The translations under genes and the position numbers were made by a program. The notes beneath the pieces were generated by a model. That model was not told where the DNA came from. It did not search any database and saw only the letters and a list, made by a program, of their open reading frames with translations. A DNA stretch of 64,000 nucleotides from Candidatus Poribacteria bacterium (lineage in GTDB: Bacteria > Poribacteria > WGA-4E > WGA-3G): NCBI GenBank assembly GCA_963665235.2, contig CAXXLX010000001.1:3648001-3712000 (forward strand), given 5' to 3'. Shown in pieces: positions 39,133 to 49,403 of this stretch (positions within the stretch are counted from its first letter, which is position 1; every line of letters starts with the position of its first letter).

Positions 39133-40169
39133 TACAATTCCTCCACGTGAACAAATTTACCGGTGTTGCGGCTTTTTACGGCTGCGTCGATGAGTGCCAA
39201 TGTCTGAACGGCATCCGAGAAAGGGGCGCGAATCAGGGATTTGTCGCCTGTTTCAATAGCACGCATCCATGCACCGGTTTTGTCTAAACCTATACTGTTT
39301 TGCGAACCAGCAGTCTCTTGTATTGTTTCCCCCTTAAGATAACCGTGTATTGTCCTTTCCGCCATGTTCGCGTTCAAACGTAAATGCGGCCCTACCACTT
39401 CAACCTCAAAACAGAAACCTTCCGTGCCGCAGTGATTCATGTGTGTTCCGAAAACACCACTGTCCAGTTGGTAAGTCATCTGTATAGCGTTTTCAGCATC
39501 AAATTCGGTTCGCTGTAGTGCCATATTTTTGACAGCCAAGGCGTGTGCTTGTACAGGTTTCGGGTTTCCTAAGACAAACCGCGCGCAATCTAGGACATGC
39601 ACCGCTTGTTCCGCTAAGGGGCCACCACTAATTTTGGACTGTAGGAACCACGGGGGCATTTGAAAATTGAGGTAGTAATTGATTGTGCACACTGTTCGTA
39701 CGAGATGGACCGTCTCGGTGGCGATTAGTGCCTTGAGTCGTTCATAGAGCGGGTGGTAACGGAGTTGGAATCCGACAGCTGCGATGACCTGTGCCTTTTC
39801 AATAGCTTCGAGGCATTTTCGGCCTTCAGCGATATTGAGAGCAGGCGGTTTTTCAATCATCAAAGGGATGCCGCGTTCACACGCCATTTTGATGGGCTCT
39901 AAACGAACAGGGGGTGGTGTTGTTACCACCACCCCGTCCATTTCTACATCGAAGAAGGCATTCAGTGCGTCGGTAGCGAGTTCAGCACCGGCAAGCGTGG
40001 CAAGCTCTTGAGCGGCATTGCGTTGTACATCGTGGACAGCGACTATCTGTCCGCCATAGTCGGTTACGGCTTTCTGGTGATGTCGTCCCATTCGCCCGGC
40101 ACCGATAATACCTATAGCTAAGGAATCGTCCTTGCGATTTTCCCACGTGGGGGGAGCATGCGGCATCAT
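39132..40169 (-). CDS. Gfo/Idh/MocA oxidoreductase
   Basis: GIIGAGRMG, IEKP, SGG.L.EQ.VH.LD. Confidence 0.92.
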   Translation of the reverse strand: MMPHAPPTWENRKDDSLAIGIIGAGRMGRHHQKAVTDYGGQIVAVHDVQRNAAQELATLAGAELATDALNAFFDVEMDGVVVTTPPPVRLEPIKMACERGIPLMIEKPPALNIAEGRKCLEAIEKAQVIAAVGFQLRYHPLYERLKALIATETVHLVRTVCTINYYLNFQMPPWFLQSKISGGPLAEQAVHVLDCARFVLGNPKPVQAHALAVKNMALQRTEFDAENAIQMTYQLDSGVFGTHMNHCGTEGFCFEVEVVGPHLRLNANMAERTIHGYLKGETIQETAGSQNSIGLDKTGAWMRAIETGDKSLIRAPFSDAVQTLALIDAAVKSRNTGKFVHVEEL

Positions 40170-40876
40170 TTGCGTTTCAGTTGCCCCCACGTCACGGCGA
40201 GTTTACTTTTCGGTTCAACAGGAGTTGGGTTATAGTCCGGTGTTACGACAAAGATGTTATCGTACTGAGCGTATTCAGCCCCACTCATGCGGAACCCAAT
40301 TTTTCCTGTCGTAAAGGCTTTCTGTGAGTCGGTCCATTCACTCACGAGCGCGAGGTCATCAACGGTTCCGCCTACAGGCCCGAGATATGCCTTGAAACTG
40401 TAGCCTGCTCGAACCTCAAATTTTGCGCGGTACCATACATCTTGTTCACGATTAACGCCATCAACGAACGCCCCGGGCTCCGCTGCCCATCCGCCGTTGA
40501 CTCTTCGGTGCCATCGGATGTGTTGCGGGGTGTGAGCTGAGCCGGCTGTTGAAACTTGGTGCATGTAGATATTGCTTCCATCTTGCCCGTGGAAGACAAA
40601 TCCTGTTAGACCGTTCTGTAGTGCCTTAAAATCGGCGTAATAATCGTATTCTTCGGGAAACTCATCGACGCTAAGTCCGACTTCGCCGCCCTGGATGTCA
40701 AGAACATTTTCGCCGAGCACCTCGTGGTCATCAGGGTTCTCAACAATTTTCCAGGTGCCTTGTGCCGCCCATTTGGCATCGTCAATATTTCCGCTTTCGA
40801 AATCGTCGTGAAACAGAACTTCGGCAGAAACAGTGCCGACGCATAAAATCATTGCTAAACAGATTACGTATCGCAT
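40166..40876 (-). CDS. secreted ConA/LamG-like (DUF1080-like) protein with a TWG tail, paralog 1
   Basis: signal peptide, LFHDDFE, GKIGFR..YDNI; ends VEPKSKLAVTWGQLKRK. Confidence 0.8.
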   Translation of the reverse strand: MRYVICLAMILCVGTVSAEVLFHDDFESGNIDDAKWAAQGTWKIVENPDDHEVLGENVLDIQGGEVGLSVDEFPEEYDYYADFKALQNGLTGFVFHGQDGSNIYMHQVSTAGSAHTPQHIRWHRRVNGGWAAEPGAFVDGVNREQDVWYRAKFEVRAGYSFKAYLGPVGGTVDDLALVSEWTDSQKAFTTGKIGFRMSGAEYAQYDNIFVVTPDYNPTPVEPKSKLAVTWGQLKRK

Positions 40877-41005
40877 TTTGTTATCATCTCCTATTTGTAA
40901 ATAAATGGGTAGAAACGGGATGGCACTACCGCCAAACCGTCCTCTCTCAATTTAATTGAACTACTATCTACTACAAATTATACCACAAATTCTGCTTATG
41001 AGGTA

Positions 41006-41731
41006 TTATTTCCGTTTTAATTTCCCCCAGGTCACTGCGAGTTTGTCTTTCGGTTCGACGGGGAAGATGTTAAATTCCGGTGTAGCGAGGACAATATTAT
41101 CGTATTGTGCGCGTTCACCCCCACTCATTCGGATGCCGATTTTTCCTGCTTTGAAAGCCTTTTGACTATCTGTCCATTCACTCACAAGCGTAAGGTCTTT
41201 GTCTTCCGCGCCGACATCGCCGAGATATACCTTAAACTTGTAGTTTTTCCGGAGCTCAAACTTCACACGATACCAAACACCCTGCTCGCGATTCACTTTA
41301 TCTTCAAAGGGTCCCGGTTCTACAGAGTATCCGCCGTTGACTTTTCTATGCCATCGGATGTGTTGGGGTGTGTGGGCTGAGCCGGCTGTGGAAACCTGAT
41401 GCATGTAGACGTTATTAGCGTCTTTTGCATGGAAAACAAATCCTGTCAAACCGGCTGATACGGTTTTAAAATCGGCGTAATAATCAAATTCTTCGGGAAA
41501 CGTATCGGTGCTGAGGCCAATCTCACTCCCCTGAACAGCAAGCACCTTTTTGCCGAGTACGTCGTGCTTATCGGCGTTATCCTCGATTGCCCAGGTGCCG
41601 TGTGTTACCCATTTTGCGTTGTCAACTTTTCCGCTCTCGAAATCGTCTTGAAACAGAATTTCAGCAGAGACGGTGCTGACGCACAAAATCAGTAGTAAAC
41701 AAATTGCATATCGCATTTTAATCTCCTTCAT
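41006..41731 (-). CDS. secreted ConA/LamG-like protein with a TWG tail, paralog 2
   Basis: full-length paralog of 40166..40876; ends VEPKDKLAVTWGKLKRK. Confidence 0.8.
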   Translation of the reverse strand: MKEIKMRYAICLLLILCVSTVSAEILFQDDFESGKVDNAKWVTHGTWAIEDNADKHDVLGKKVLAVQGSEIGLSTDTFPEEFDYYADFKTVSAGLTGFVFHAKDANNVYMHQVSTAGSAHTPQHIRWHRKVNGGYSVEPGPFEDKVNREQGVWYRVKFELRKNYKFKVYLGDVGAEDKDLTLVSEWTDSQKAFKAGKIGIRMSGGERAQYDNIVLATPEFNIFPVEPKDKLAVTWGKLKRK

Positions 41732-41736
41732 ATTTT

Positions 41737-42453
41737 TTAGAATTTAGTCGTTTTTACGTGTGCCCAAATTGTCGTTAGTTTAGCAGTCGGTTCAACTGCC
41801 ATCGGATTACTGCCGCCATAAATTTCGATTTCATCAATACGCGCCCCGTTATTGGCGCGGATGTGTATACGTAGCCACCGGGCTTCTACATCGTCAAAGG
41901 TAAGCTCGGTGGTTTTACTAATCGCTTCCCCTTTGTGAGTGTAGACCTTTTTCCATGTGTTCGCCTCGGAGTTTGCATCTGCTACGGTTGTTGCAACAAG
42001 AATATCGAAGTCGACAGTTGTTCGGTCAAGGAATCCTTGTGAATGGTCGCTTCCGAAAAAGATGCGGTTCACATTGGCAACGTTTCCAATATCAATCTGT
42101 GCCCAGCCGGGGATTGTTCCGATAATCCAACTCCGGCAGTTGTTATAGAAACCGTCGTTAAGATATTCGGTGCAGTGCCGCCGGGGACACCATCCCGCTA
42201 TTAGGGAGGAGGCTTCCGCTTTCGCATCCTTCAGGAGTGCCAAGTTCGGTTGTTTATCTCGAACTGTCGGTACGAACTCCGGGCCCGGTGCTCCGCCAGC
42301 ATCACAAGCATCAGTTGCTGCTTTGATATCCTGCTCCTTGAATTCGTAATGTCCGAATTTTTCCGGGCCCTGCTCCTCGTTATGCTCCGCTGAGGCAGCA
42401 GGGGCATGCCACATAATCACTATGACAAGCAAACAATATATTGTAAATTTCAT
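41737..42453 (-). CDS. secreted discoidin/F5-8 type C-like protein with a TWG-like tail
   Basis: NLAL..A.ASS, LNDG, WAQID.G, ARWLRI..IDEIEIY; ends VEPTAKLTTIWAHVK. Confidence 0.8.
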   Translation of the reverse strand: MKFTIYCLLVIVIMWHAPAASAEHNEEQGPEKFGHYEFKEQDIKAATDACDAGGAPGPEFVPTVRDKQPNLALLKDAKAEASSLIAGWCPRRHCTEYLNDGFYNNCRSWIIGTIPGWAQIDIGNVANVNRIFFGSDHSQGFLDRTTVDFDILVATTVADANSEANTWKKVYTHKGEAISKTTELTFDDVEARWLRIHIRANNGARIDEIEIYGGSNPMAVEPTAKLTTIWAHVKTTKF

Positions 42454-42485
42454 AGTAATCCTCCTTCTAAAACGAACCGCGAGCG

Positions 42486-43565
42486 TTATTCGATTCTGGG
42501 TTGCCTTGCCGAGGGGTTTCTTTGTAAACGGATTTTTGAATCTTTCAGCGGGAGTTCAACTCGTGCGCCGTTGCGGCGGTGTGATTCGATGACACCAAAA
42601 ATCAGTTCAGTGCTTGCGTAAGCACATCGGACTCCGCCTCGCGTTGGTTCGCCTGTGTCTAATGCATGAACAAGGTCTTTAATCAGGTTTGCTGTGCTAC
42701 TCGCGCGTTCAAATGCGGGAAAAGTTTCGGGGACCTGACATGTTCGCCAGCCTGGCACGTCTTGTCGTTTACGGACGTGCCACTGCCAACCGTTGTTCCA
42801 ACATGTGATAGTTCCACCTTCACAAATTGCCTCCCATTCGCTACTCCGTGGTGTCAAAAGTGCGTGGGCTGTTACGCCATTTTGAAATTGGATTGTTCCT
42901 GCCCCAGACGGGTCAGCTTTCAGCACGTCTCCATCAAAGACAGAATCGCCTTGCGGGAGGTAACCGGAGACTGAGCTTGCCGGGGCATCACTATTTAGCC
43001 GTAAAACCAGATCGAAATTATGACTTGCAGTGTTGAAAAGTGTGCCGTTTGAGTAAATAATGAGCGTTCGCAGTCTTCCAATTTCGCCGCTATCAATAAT
43101 CTCTTTCATCTTATCAAAGCCTGTGTGCCAGCGTCGGTTTGTGCCGAGGTTAAAAGCGACATTGTTGTTTTCCACAGCGGACACCATTGCTGCTGCTTCA
43201 TCCATAGAGGCCGCCATCGCCTTTTCAGCATAGATAGCTTTTACACCGTGCGTTGCTGCGTAGATGACAATGTCTGCGCGATGTTCCGGTTGTGTAGCCA
43301 CACTGACGATATCGGGTTTTTCTTTTTCAAGCATCTCCCGGTAATCGGTGTATTGATTCGCTTTTGGCACATGATAGCGATTTCCAAAATGTTCCATTAT
43401 TTCTGTACGCAGGTCAGCACAAGCGACCAGCTCAGTTCGTTCTTCAGCAAAAAAGCCGGCGGCGTGTGAATAGGGCAACTGAATTGCCTCGTAATCTGGC
43501 ACTTCGTTGTCAATAAAAGCACCCATCCGGCTACAACCGATAACAGCGGCACGATACGTTTTCAT
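42486..43565 (-). CDS. Gfo/Idh/MocA oxidoreductase
   Basis: AAVIGC..MG, DIVSVAT, YAEK. Confidence 0.9.
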   Translation of the reverse strand: MKTYRAAVIGCSRMGAFIDNEVPDYEAIQLPYSHAAGFFAEERTELVACADLRTEIMEHFGNRYHVPKANQYTDYREMLEKEKPDIVSVATQPEHRADIVIYAATHGVKAIYAEKAMAASMDEAAAMVSAVENNNVAFNLGTNRRWHTGFDKMKEIIDSGEIGRLRTLIIYSNGTLFNTASHNFDLVLRLNSDAPASSVSGYLPQGDSVFDGDVLKADPSGAGTIQFQNGVTAHALLTPRSSEWEAICEGGTITCWNNGWQWHVRKRQDVPGWRTCQVPETFPAFERASSTANLIKDLVHALDTGEPTRGGVRCAYASTELIFGVIESHRRNGARVELPLKDSKIRLQRNPSARQPRIE

Positions 43566-44560
43566 TTTTCTTTCTCCTCAAAGAATTTGTTGGCAACCGC
43601 AGCCACGAAATTTTTACCCATCACCCTATATCCCTCAGCATCGGGATGCAGGTTGTCCGGTAAGAGATGGACATAGTCAGCCCCGAATACGTCTAAACCG
43701 CTGACGTAATGGATATTCGCGTCGCCATAATTTTCAAGTGCTTCGGCAGCTGCTTGTACCTCTTCACGCATTTTCTGTAGGTTGAAACCGACAGCGTTTG
43801 GGTTTTCCTCCCGATTGGGACAGTAGATAGGTGACATCAAGACGATAGGTATATCGGGATGTTTTTCACGGATAATCTGTACAGCCCCGATAATTGCGGG
43901 TCGAAACGCCCGCGGTCCCAAACTAGACGCGCCCTGGATGTTGATACCGAGACACATTGACAGGTAGTCTACAGGCATGTCTCGAATCATCCGTGCCACC
44001 ATCGCATCGAGATGACACTGCCCGCCATAACCGAGGCAGGTTAGATTTAAGTCGCTTTCACGGGCAGCAATTGCGGGCCATGTCTGTGTCGGTGATGCTG
44101 CTGCACGGCACTGTGTGATGGAACTTCCGTACGTCACCCACCGGGGGCGTTCGTCAACGAAGGGTTCCAGTGTTGCGTCATCGTCTATGTCTAAACTACG
44201 GAGTTGAAATGTCCCGTATTGCGGCAGCCACAACTCAATCAATTTTTCCTGCGCCGGCAAGTTTTCAAATGCGAAGTTATCTTTGCTCCGCAGGTCGAGC
44301 GATTGTATGAATTCACCATCACAACACAGGTCAAGCATACCGGTTTCGTTTTGCGGAACGATGCTGCCTGCTATGCGCGTCGTGCTGCTTCGAAAACTGA
44401 TGCGAACCCCGGCGGGCATCGCTGAGCGTACCAGTAAGGGTTCAGGAAATAGGACATGCATCGGGTGCGGTGTTCGCCACGGCATAACGGAATCTGCTGT
44501 TTTCTGAAGGGACACAGCCCCTTGCCAATTCAGTTGTGGCGCGTCAGGTTTTAGTCGCAT
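43562..44560 (-). CDS. SGNH/GDSL hydrolase
   Basis: YGSSITQ, LGYGG, GIN, DNLHP. Confidence 0.92.
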   Translation of the reverse strand: MRLKPDAPQLNWQGAVSLQKTADSVMPWRTPHPMHVLFPEPLLVRSAMPAGVRISFRSSTTRIAGSIVPQNETGMLDLCCDGEFIQSLDLRSKDNFAFENLPAQEKLIELWLPQYGTFQLRSLDIDDDATLEPFVDERPRWVTYGSSITQCRAAASPTQTWPAIAARESDLNLTCLGYGGQCHLDAMVARMIRDMPVDYLSMCLGINIQGASSLGPRAFRPAIIGAVQIIREKHPDIPIVLMSPIYCPNREENPNAVGFNLQKMREEVQAAAEALENYGDANIHYVSGLDVFGADYVHLLPDNLHPDAEGYRVMGKNFVAAVANKFFEEKEK

Positions 44561-44574
44561 TTTAATAATCTCCC

Positions 44575-44685
44575 AGGACTTACGCAAATTTAAGCCATAT
44601 CCTTGTAGGGGCGAGGTCACCTCGCCCGCTATACCCTTTAAATTCCCACGCTCATAAAGACTTATCAACGCACTGCGTAAGTCCT
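44575..44685. mobile_element. 111-bp MITE, family A, with perfect 12-bp TIRs and an internal GTAG REP
   Basis: AGGACTTACGCA...TGCGTAAGTCCT; internal GTAGGGGCGAGGTCACCTCGCCC. Confidence 0.75.
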
Positions 44686-44693
44686 AATTTCCT

Positions 44694-45506
44694 TTACATT
44701 GCATCAACAAGTGCACGGAGCTGGCGGACACCATCTAGCATCTGCGAAGGATTTCCCCAGTGCTCAATGCTGGCAGCCCCGGTAAATCCATCTTCGACGA
44801 GTGTGCTTAACAGCTGTTCATAGCGCAATTCTGTGTCTCTGAGCGGGTTCAATTTCTTCTCACGATTCGGTTTGACATGCACATGCCGTACGAGTCCCTT
44901 AATATGGGCATATCCCTCCGGCAGTGGATTTTCTCCACAGTGTAAACCGTTATTAACATCCCAGCAGACAGCGAGTGCGGGACTATTGCCGAGGACATCG
45001 ATGACAGCCCGTGTTTCTTCACAGGTGCCCGCGAGCGTTGAATCCTCATTTTCAAAGGCGAGTATCACGTTCGCGTCCTCCGCAATTTTGACGACCGGGG
45101 CAAGTTTTTCGCCAATGAGTTCCAAATAGTCGTTAATATCGGGCCGGGATGTCTCCTTAAGCCGCCGATTCGGGTTCCAAAATGCGAACCCTCGGATTAT
45201 CTGTGTCTCAAATGCATGTGCAAGTTCAATCATCCGGTCGAAGTATTGGAGGTGCCGTTGGTATTCTTGCGGGTTGTTAATTCCGCATTTGCCAAAGGGT
45301 GAACCGATGCTGGCGACACGGACATCATAAGCTGCTAGGACATCTTGTGCACGTTTCACATCGTCATCGTTAATTTCGGTTACGTGTTTGCTCCAAACCC
45401 CTCCACGCACTTCCACGGTAGTGGCACCGGCTTCAACGCCAAGTTTAATAGCTTCCTCAAAGTCTTCTCTGGAAACTTCGTCAGCAAAAAAACAGACATC
45501 AATCAT
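44694..45506 (-). CDS. sugar phosphate isomerase/epimerase (TIM barrel)
   Basis: FADE, SIGSPFGK, FENE, WD..N, HVHVK, SIEH. Confidence 0.88.
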   Translation of the reverse strand: MIDVCFFADEVSREDFEEAIKLGVEAGATTVEVRGGVWSKHVTEINDDDVKRAQDVLAAYDVRVASIGSPFGKCGINNPQEYQRHLQYFDRMIELAHAFETQIIRGFAFWNPNRRLKETSRPDINDYLELIGEKLAPVVKIAEDANVILAFENEDSTLAGTCEETRAVIDVLGNSPALAVCWDVNNGLHCGENPLPEGYAHIKGLVRHVHVKPNREKKLNPLRDTELRYEQLLSTLVEDGFTGAASIEHWGNPSQMLDGVRQLRALVDAM

Positions 45507-45567
45507 TTCAAATCTCCTCCTGTACCTTTTCTGTTTGTAAGTGGATTTAAAAAACCTCCCTAGCCTC

Positions 45568-47247
45568 CTATTGATTATTCATGCTCCATAGGATAAAGGG
45601 TGCCAGTTTGGCTAGCATTTCAATCGGTGTCTCTTTCTCTGATAACGTTGCTTCCAAAACGGCTTCATTTTCCTTCACAGAGACCCAGGCGAGGAGCGGT
45701 TGAATTTCTGCGCTTGTTGCGATGAGCATATCGTCCGGGGGGGCACCTGCTGATAATTCTAGCAAGGCTGGTAAGTTAAGTTGTAAAGTCATTGTAGGCG
45801 TTTTAGGCAGCTGTTTTAAGTAGGCAGGTCTCTTTTTTAGCTGAAGTCCATCAGCAATTGCGTATATCTGCTCCTCCGAGAAACCGAGAAAAAACAGCCC
45901 ATCTTTTTTGCCGTAGTAAATATTCGAGGAGAATTCGGATACTGTTGTGCCTTTATACTCAGTTTGAGAAACAGAGGTGTTTTGTAAATTAGAGAGGCTA
46001 TTGCCAATTTGATTCCATTTTGAAAGATTATTCGGGTTGAAAATTAATCCGCCGTTTGTTTCTACGTCTGCTGCGTCTATTTCAAGGGAGCCATCGATAT
46101 TAATATTAAGAGCCTCCAAAGCCTCAGGGTCAAACTGTGCAAAATTGTCTATCGACAAAGCGAGTTCGCCTGTCAGTCCTGCGATAATATCCTCCTCCCA
46201 GTTAAGGTTGAGAGTTCCCTCAAGGAATAAAATAAAGGCATAAGCATCATCCGTTTCGCTGTTATTAAGTTCATCTCTGGCAATTTGCCACACAGCTTCT
46301 AGGAAGGCTGGTGCTGCTGCGAAAAACAGATTTTCGTTCCCGGATACGCCTTTAAGGGTTGCTAGCTCTGTCCCCTCTTTCAGGAAGAGTGAAATCGTGT
46401 TATCCTGCAAATTTGGGGTGAATTCTGTATGAATCTGGAGCATCGGTCCAGATTCTAATAGATTGAGTTGTGCGAAAACAGTTTTAAAGGTTTGAAGTTC
46501 TCGCAGAAGCTCTGGGTCCATGTCATCGTCATCCATGGCTTCCATCAAAGGGAGTGCGGTTTGCATGTTGATGAACGTTGTGAGTTGTCCCGCGTCGAAC
46601 TTTTTTGAAACGTTTTTGTACACGTCATCTTTTTGGATAGCCGGGTGTTTTTTGCGATAGGTGTCAATCAATTTCTGAAAACCGTTTTCGCCGATGCCAA
46701 CTACGAGAAATTCACTCACAAAACCGTAAGCGATAAGGAGGTCCTGTATTTCGAGTGTACTGTATTTTACCTTCAGATGTTCACCCGCGTTAAGCGTTAA
46801 TCTGCCTTCACTCATCCCTATCATGCCTGTAATAATTTTGGTGAAACGTTGGAGTTCACCGAGGTTGCCGCCGGAATGTACAACTATCCCCGCTTTAGTG
46901 TCTTCTAGTGCCTGTCCCCACATTGCGAAACCTGTTTGGTATCCGACTGTCTCAATGAATTCCGGTATGCTTGTTCCAAAAAGCGTTTTAAATGCATCCA
47001 GGCCTTGGTTTATCTCTTGCGTTTCTGGAACGTTGTTCGTCAGGAGCGTTTGTATCTTCTCCCAGTTTTCAGAGAGTTCGATTTCGGCGTATACCTCGTC
47101 TATATCTTGCAGTTTCAGATAAACGAAGCTATCGCTGGGGATAAAGTCGTCAACTTTTGCTGCGTGTGCGGAAATAACAATTCCTATTAGGCATAAGCTA
47201 AGAATCGTTATCTTCAATTTCTGTATCATTGAAAACTGTTCCTCCAT
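45568..47247 (-). CDS. secreted DUF3352-like protein
   Basis: signal peptide, two-lobed repeat, LNWEEDIIAGLTGELAL. Confidence 0.65.
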   Translation of the reverse strand: MEEQFSMIQKLKITILSLCLIGIVISAHAAKVDDFIPSDSFVYLKLQDIDEVYAEIELSENWEKIQTLLTNNVPETQEINQGLDAFKTLFGTSIPEFIETVGYQTGFAMWGQALEDTKAGIVVHSGGNLGELQRFTKIITGMIGMSEGRLTLNAGEHLKVKYSTLEIQDLLIAYGFVSEFLVVGIGENGFQKLIDTYRKKHPAIQKDDVYKNVSKKFDAGQLTTFINMQTALPLMEAMDDDDMDPELLRELQTFKTVFAQLNLLESGPMLQIHTEFTPNLQDNTISLFLKEGTELATLKGVSGNENLFFAAAPAFLEAVWQIARDELNNSETDDAYAFILFLEGTLNLNWEEDIIAGLTGELALSIDNFAQFDPEALEALNINIDGSLEIDAADVETNGGLIFNPNNLSKWNQIGNSLSNLQNTSVSQTEYKGTTVSEFSSNIYYGKKDGLFFLGFSEEQIYAIADGLQLKKRPAYLKQLPKTPTMTLQLNLPALLELSAGAPPDDMLIATSAEIQPLLAWVSVKENEAVLEATLSEKETPIEMLAKLAPFILWSMNNQ

Positions 47248-47249
47248 TT

Positions 47250-48941
47250 TTACGGCACCCGAATGTTATCAACCAGAGTTTGTACTTCATCAGGTGGCGG
47301 GGGTGTAAAAGCGGCTACAACGATGGCAGTGATAAAGTTGAGTGCCATGCCGAGTGTGCCGATGCCTTCAGGGGAGATGCCCCACAACCAGTTTTCTGGT
47401 GTGTTCAGGTCCGGATTGATAAATTTGAAATAGATGATATATGTTGCAGTAAAGGTGATGCCGACAATCATACCTGTTACTGCGCCTGCTTTGTTCATTC
47501 GCTTGGAGAAAATTCCCATAACGATTGCTGGAAAAAATGAACTTGCTGCCAATCCAAAGGCGAATGCGACGACTTGCGCCACAAATCCGGGCGGATTTAT
47601 GCCGAAATACCCGGCAATACAGACAGCAAACCCGGCGGCGATTCTCGCTGCGGTTAATTCCTTTTTCTCCGATAAATCCGGGGCGATACATCCCTTAAGT
47701 AGGTCATGGGCGATAGCGGTTGAGATGACTAAAAGCAGTCCTGCAGCAGTGGACAAAGCCGCTGCTAATCCTCCCGCTGCAACTAATCCTATAATCCAAT
47801 TCGGCAGTTTTGCGATTTCAGGATTTGCTAACACCATGATATCCGGGTCAATTTCCAGTTCATTTTCAACTGCGGATTTTGGTCCTCGGTACTGAATCTT
47901 TCCATCGTTGTTGAGGTCATTAAACTTAATCAGTTCGGTTGTTTCCCAATTCTTGAACCACTCTGGTACGTCCTCATATCTGACATCTACCAATTCGCCA
48001 TTCTGCTCGGGACTGACGGTTTTGAGCAGGTTGGTTCGCGCGAACATTCCGACAGCGGGAGCGGTTGTATAGAGAAGCGCGATGAACAGTAGTGCCCATC
48101 CAGCAGACGCTCGTGCCTCTGATGCTTTTCGCACCGTGTAAAACCGAATAATCACGTGCGGAAGTCCGGCGGTTCCCAACATCAAGGCTGCTGTAATGAA
48201 AAAGACATCAATGGTGGCTTTGCTTCCATCCGTATAGCGGTTAAAACCGAGTGCCTCATTGAGCCCATTGAGGCGGTCAAGGAGGTATACACCTGTGTCG
48301 TCTGCTCCCCCTAGTCCGAGTTGCGGAATAGGGTTGCCGGTAATCAGAATAGAGATAAAAATAGCAGGCACGAGGTAGGCAAAAATCAGGACGCAGTATT
48401 GTGCTACCTGCGTATAGGTAATGCCTTTCATCCCACCGAGCACGGCATAAAAGAACACAATCCCCATGCCGATGAGTACGCCTGTTGTAACGTTGACGTT
48501 TAGAAACCGGGAAAAGACGATGCCGACACCACGCATCTGTCCCGCTACGTAGGTAAATGAGACAAAAACAGCGCACACAACAGCGACAATCCGTGCCAAT
48601 TGTGAGTAATAGCGGTCTCCAACGAAGTCGGGCACGGTATACTTCCCGAATTTCCGGAGATAAGGTGCCAATAACAACGCAAGCAGTACATACCCCCCTG
48701 TCCATCCGAGCAGATAGACAGAGCCATCTCTTCCCAGAAAAGCAATCATTCCTGCCATTGCGATGAAGGAGGCGGCACTCATCCAATCCGCTGCGGTTGC
48801 CATACCGTTCACAACCGGATGCACGTTGCTGCCAGCAACATAGAAATCTCCCGTGGAACGGGCCTTAGCCCAGACGGCCAAGCCGATATACAGCACGAAG
48901 GAGAGGCTCACCATTATGAAAGTCCAGGCTTGCACGTTCAC
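47250..48941 (-). CDS. cation/acetate symporter (ActP-like, SSS family)
   Basis: NGMATAADWMSAASF, GTAGLPHV.IRFYTV, AAALSTAAGLL. Confidence 0.95.
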   Translation of the reverse strand: MNVQAWTFIMVSLSFVLYIGLAVWAKARSTGDFYVAGSNVHPVVNGMATAADWMSAASFIAMAGMIAFLGRDGSVYLLGWTGGYVLLALLLAPYLRKFGKYTVPDFVGDRYYSQLARIVAVVCAVFVSFTYVAGQMRGVGIVFSRFLNVNVTTGVLIGMGIVFFYAVLGGMKGITYTQVAQYCVLIFAYLVPAIFISILITGNPIPQLGLGGADDTGVYLLDRLNGLNEALGFNRYTDGSKATIDVFFITAALMLGTAGLPHVIIRFYTVRKASEARASAGWALLFIALLYTTAPAVGMFARTNLLKTVSPEQNGELVDVRYEDVPEWFKNWETTELIKFNDLNNDGKIQYRGPKSAVENELEIDPDIMVLANPEIAKLPNWIIGLVAAGGLAAALSTAAGLLLVISTAIAHDLLKGCIAPDLSEKKELTAARIAAGFAVCIAGYFGINPPGFVAQVVAFAFGLAASSFFPAIVMGIFSKRMNKAGAVTGMIVGITFTATYIIYFKFINPDLNTPENWLWGISPEGIGTLGMALNFITAIVVAAFTPPPPDEVQTLVDNIRVP

Positions 48942-48943
48942 GG

Positions 48944-49219
48944 TTATTCTAGGTCCTCCGTATCGCGCTCGGCACGATATTTTTTATCTAAACGGTTCAT
49001 CAACCATGCGTAAACAAAAATTAGGACAACGAAAATCCAGATTGATGCTTGTTGTGCAAAAAAGAACCCGAGGCGAAATCCACCGAACCGTATTTTGTCT
49101 AATTGTTCAACAAACACAATTGAGCAGAGATATGATGTGACAAACCAAATGCCAAGCAGAATGGCGAGGTATTGCAGGTTTTTGCGCCAATACTGTTTAC
49201 CGTTATCCGATGTCTTCAC
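48944..49219 (-). CDS. DUF4212 small subunit of the SSS symporter
   Basis: YWRKNL, GF.LGFFFAQQ, MNRLDKKY. Confidence 0.9.
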   Translation of the reverse strand: MKTSDNGKQYWRKNLQYLAILLGIWFVTSYLCSIVFVEQLDKIRFGGFRLGFFFAQQASIWIFVVLIFVYAWLMNRLDKKYRAERDTEDLE

Positions 49220-49403
49220 GACAGGGTGTCCTCCTCCGTTTTGAAACTCGCGAATTTTCGGGTGAAAGTTGTCTATCAGGACATGTTATCAGAAAATACA
49301 ATTTTTGTCAAACATTTTTTAGCATTTGCTGAATCCAATCTTCCACCCTTCCAGTCTTCCACCTATCCCTTTGACTTTACGCACCCCTAAAATTGTCCAA
49401 AGT

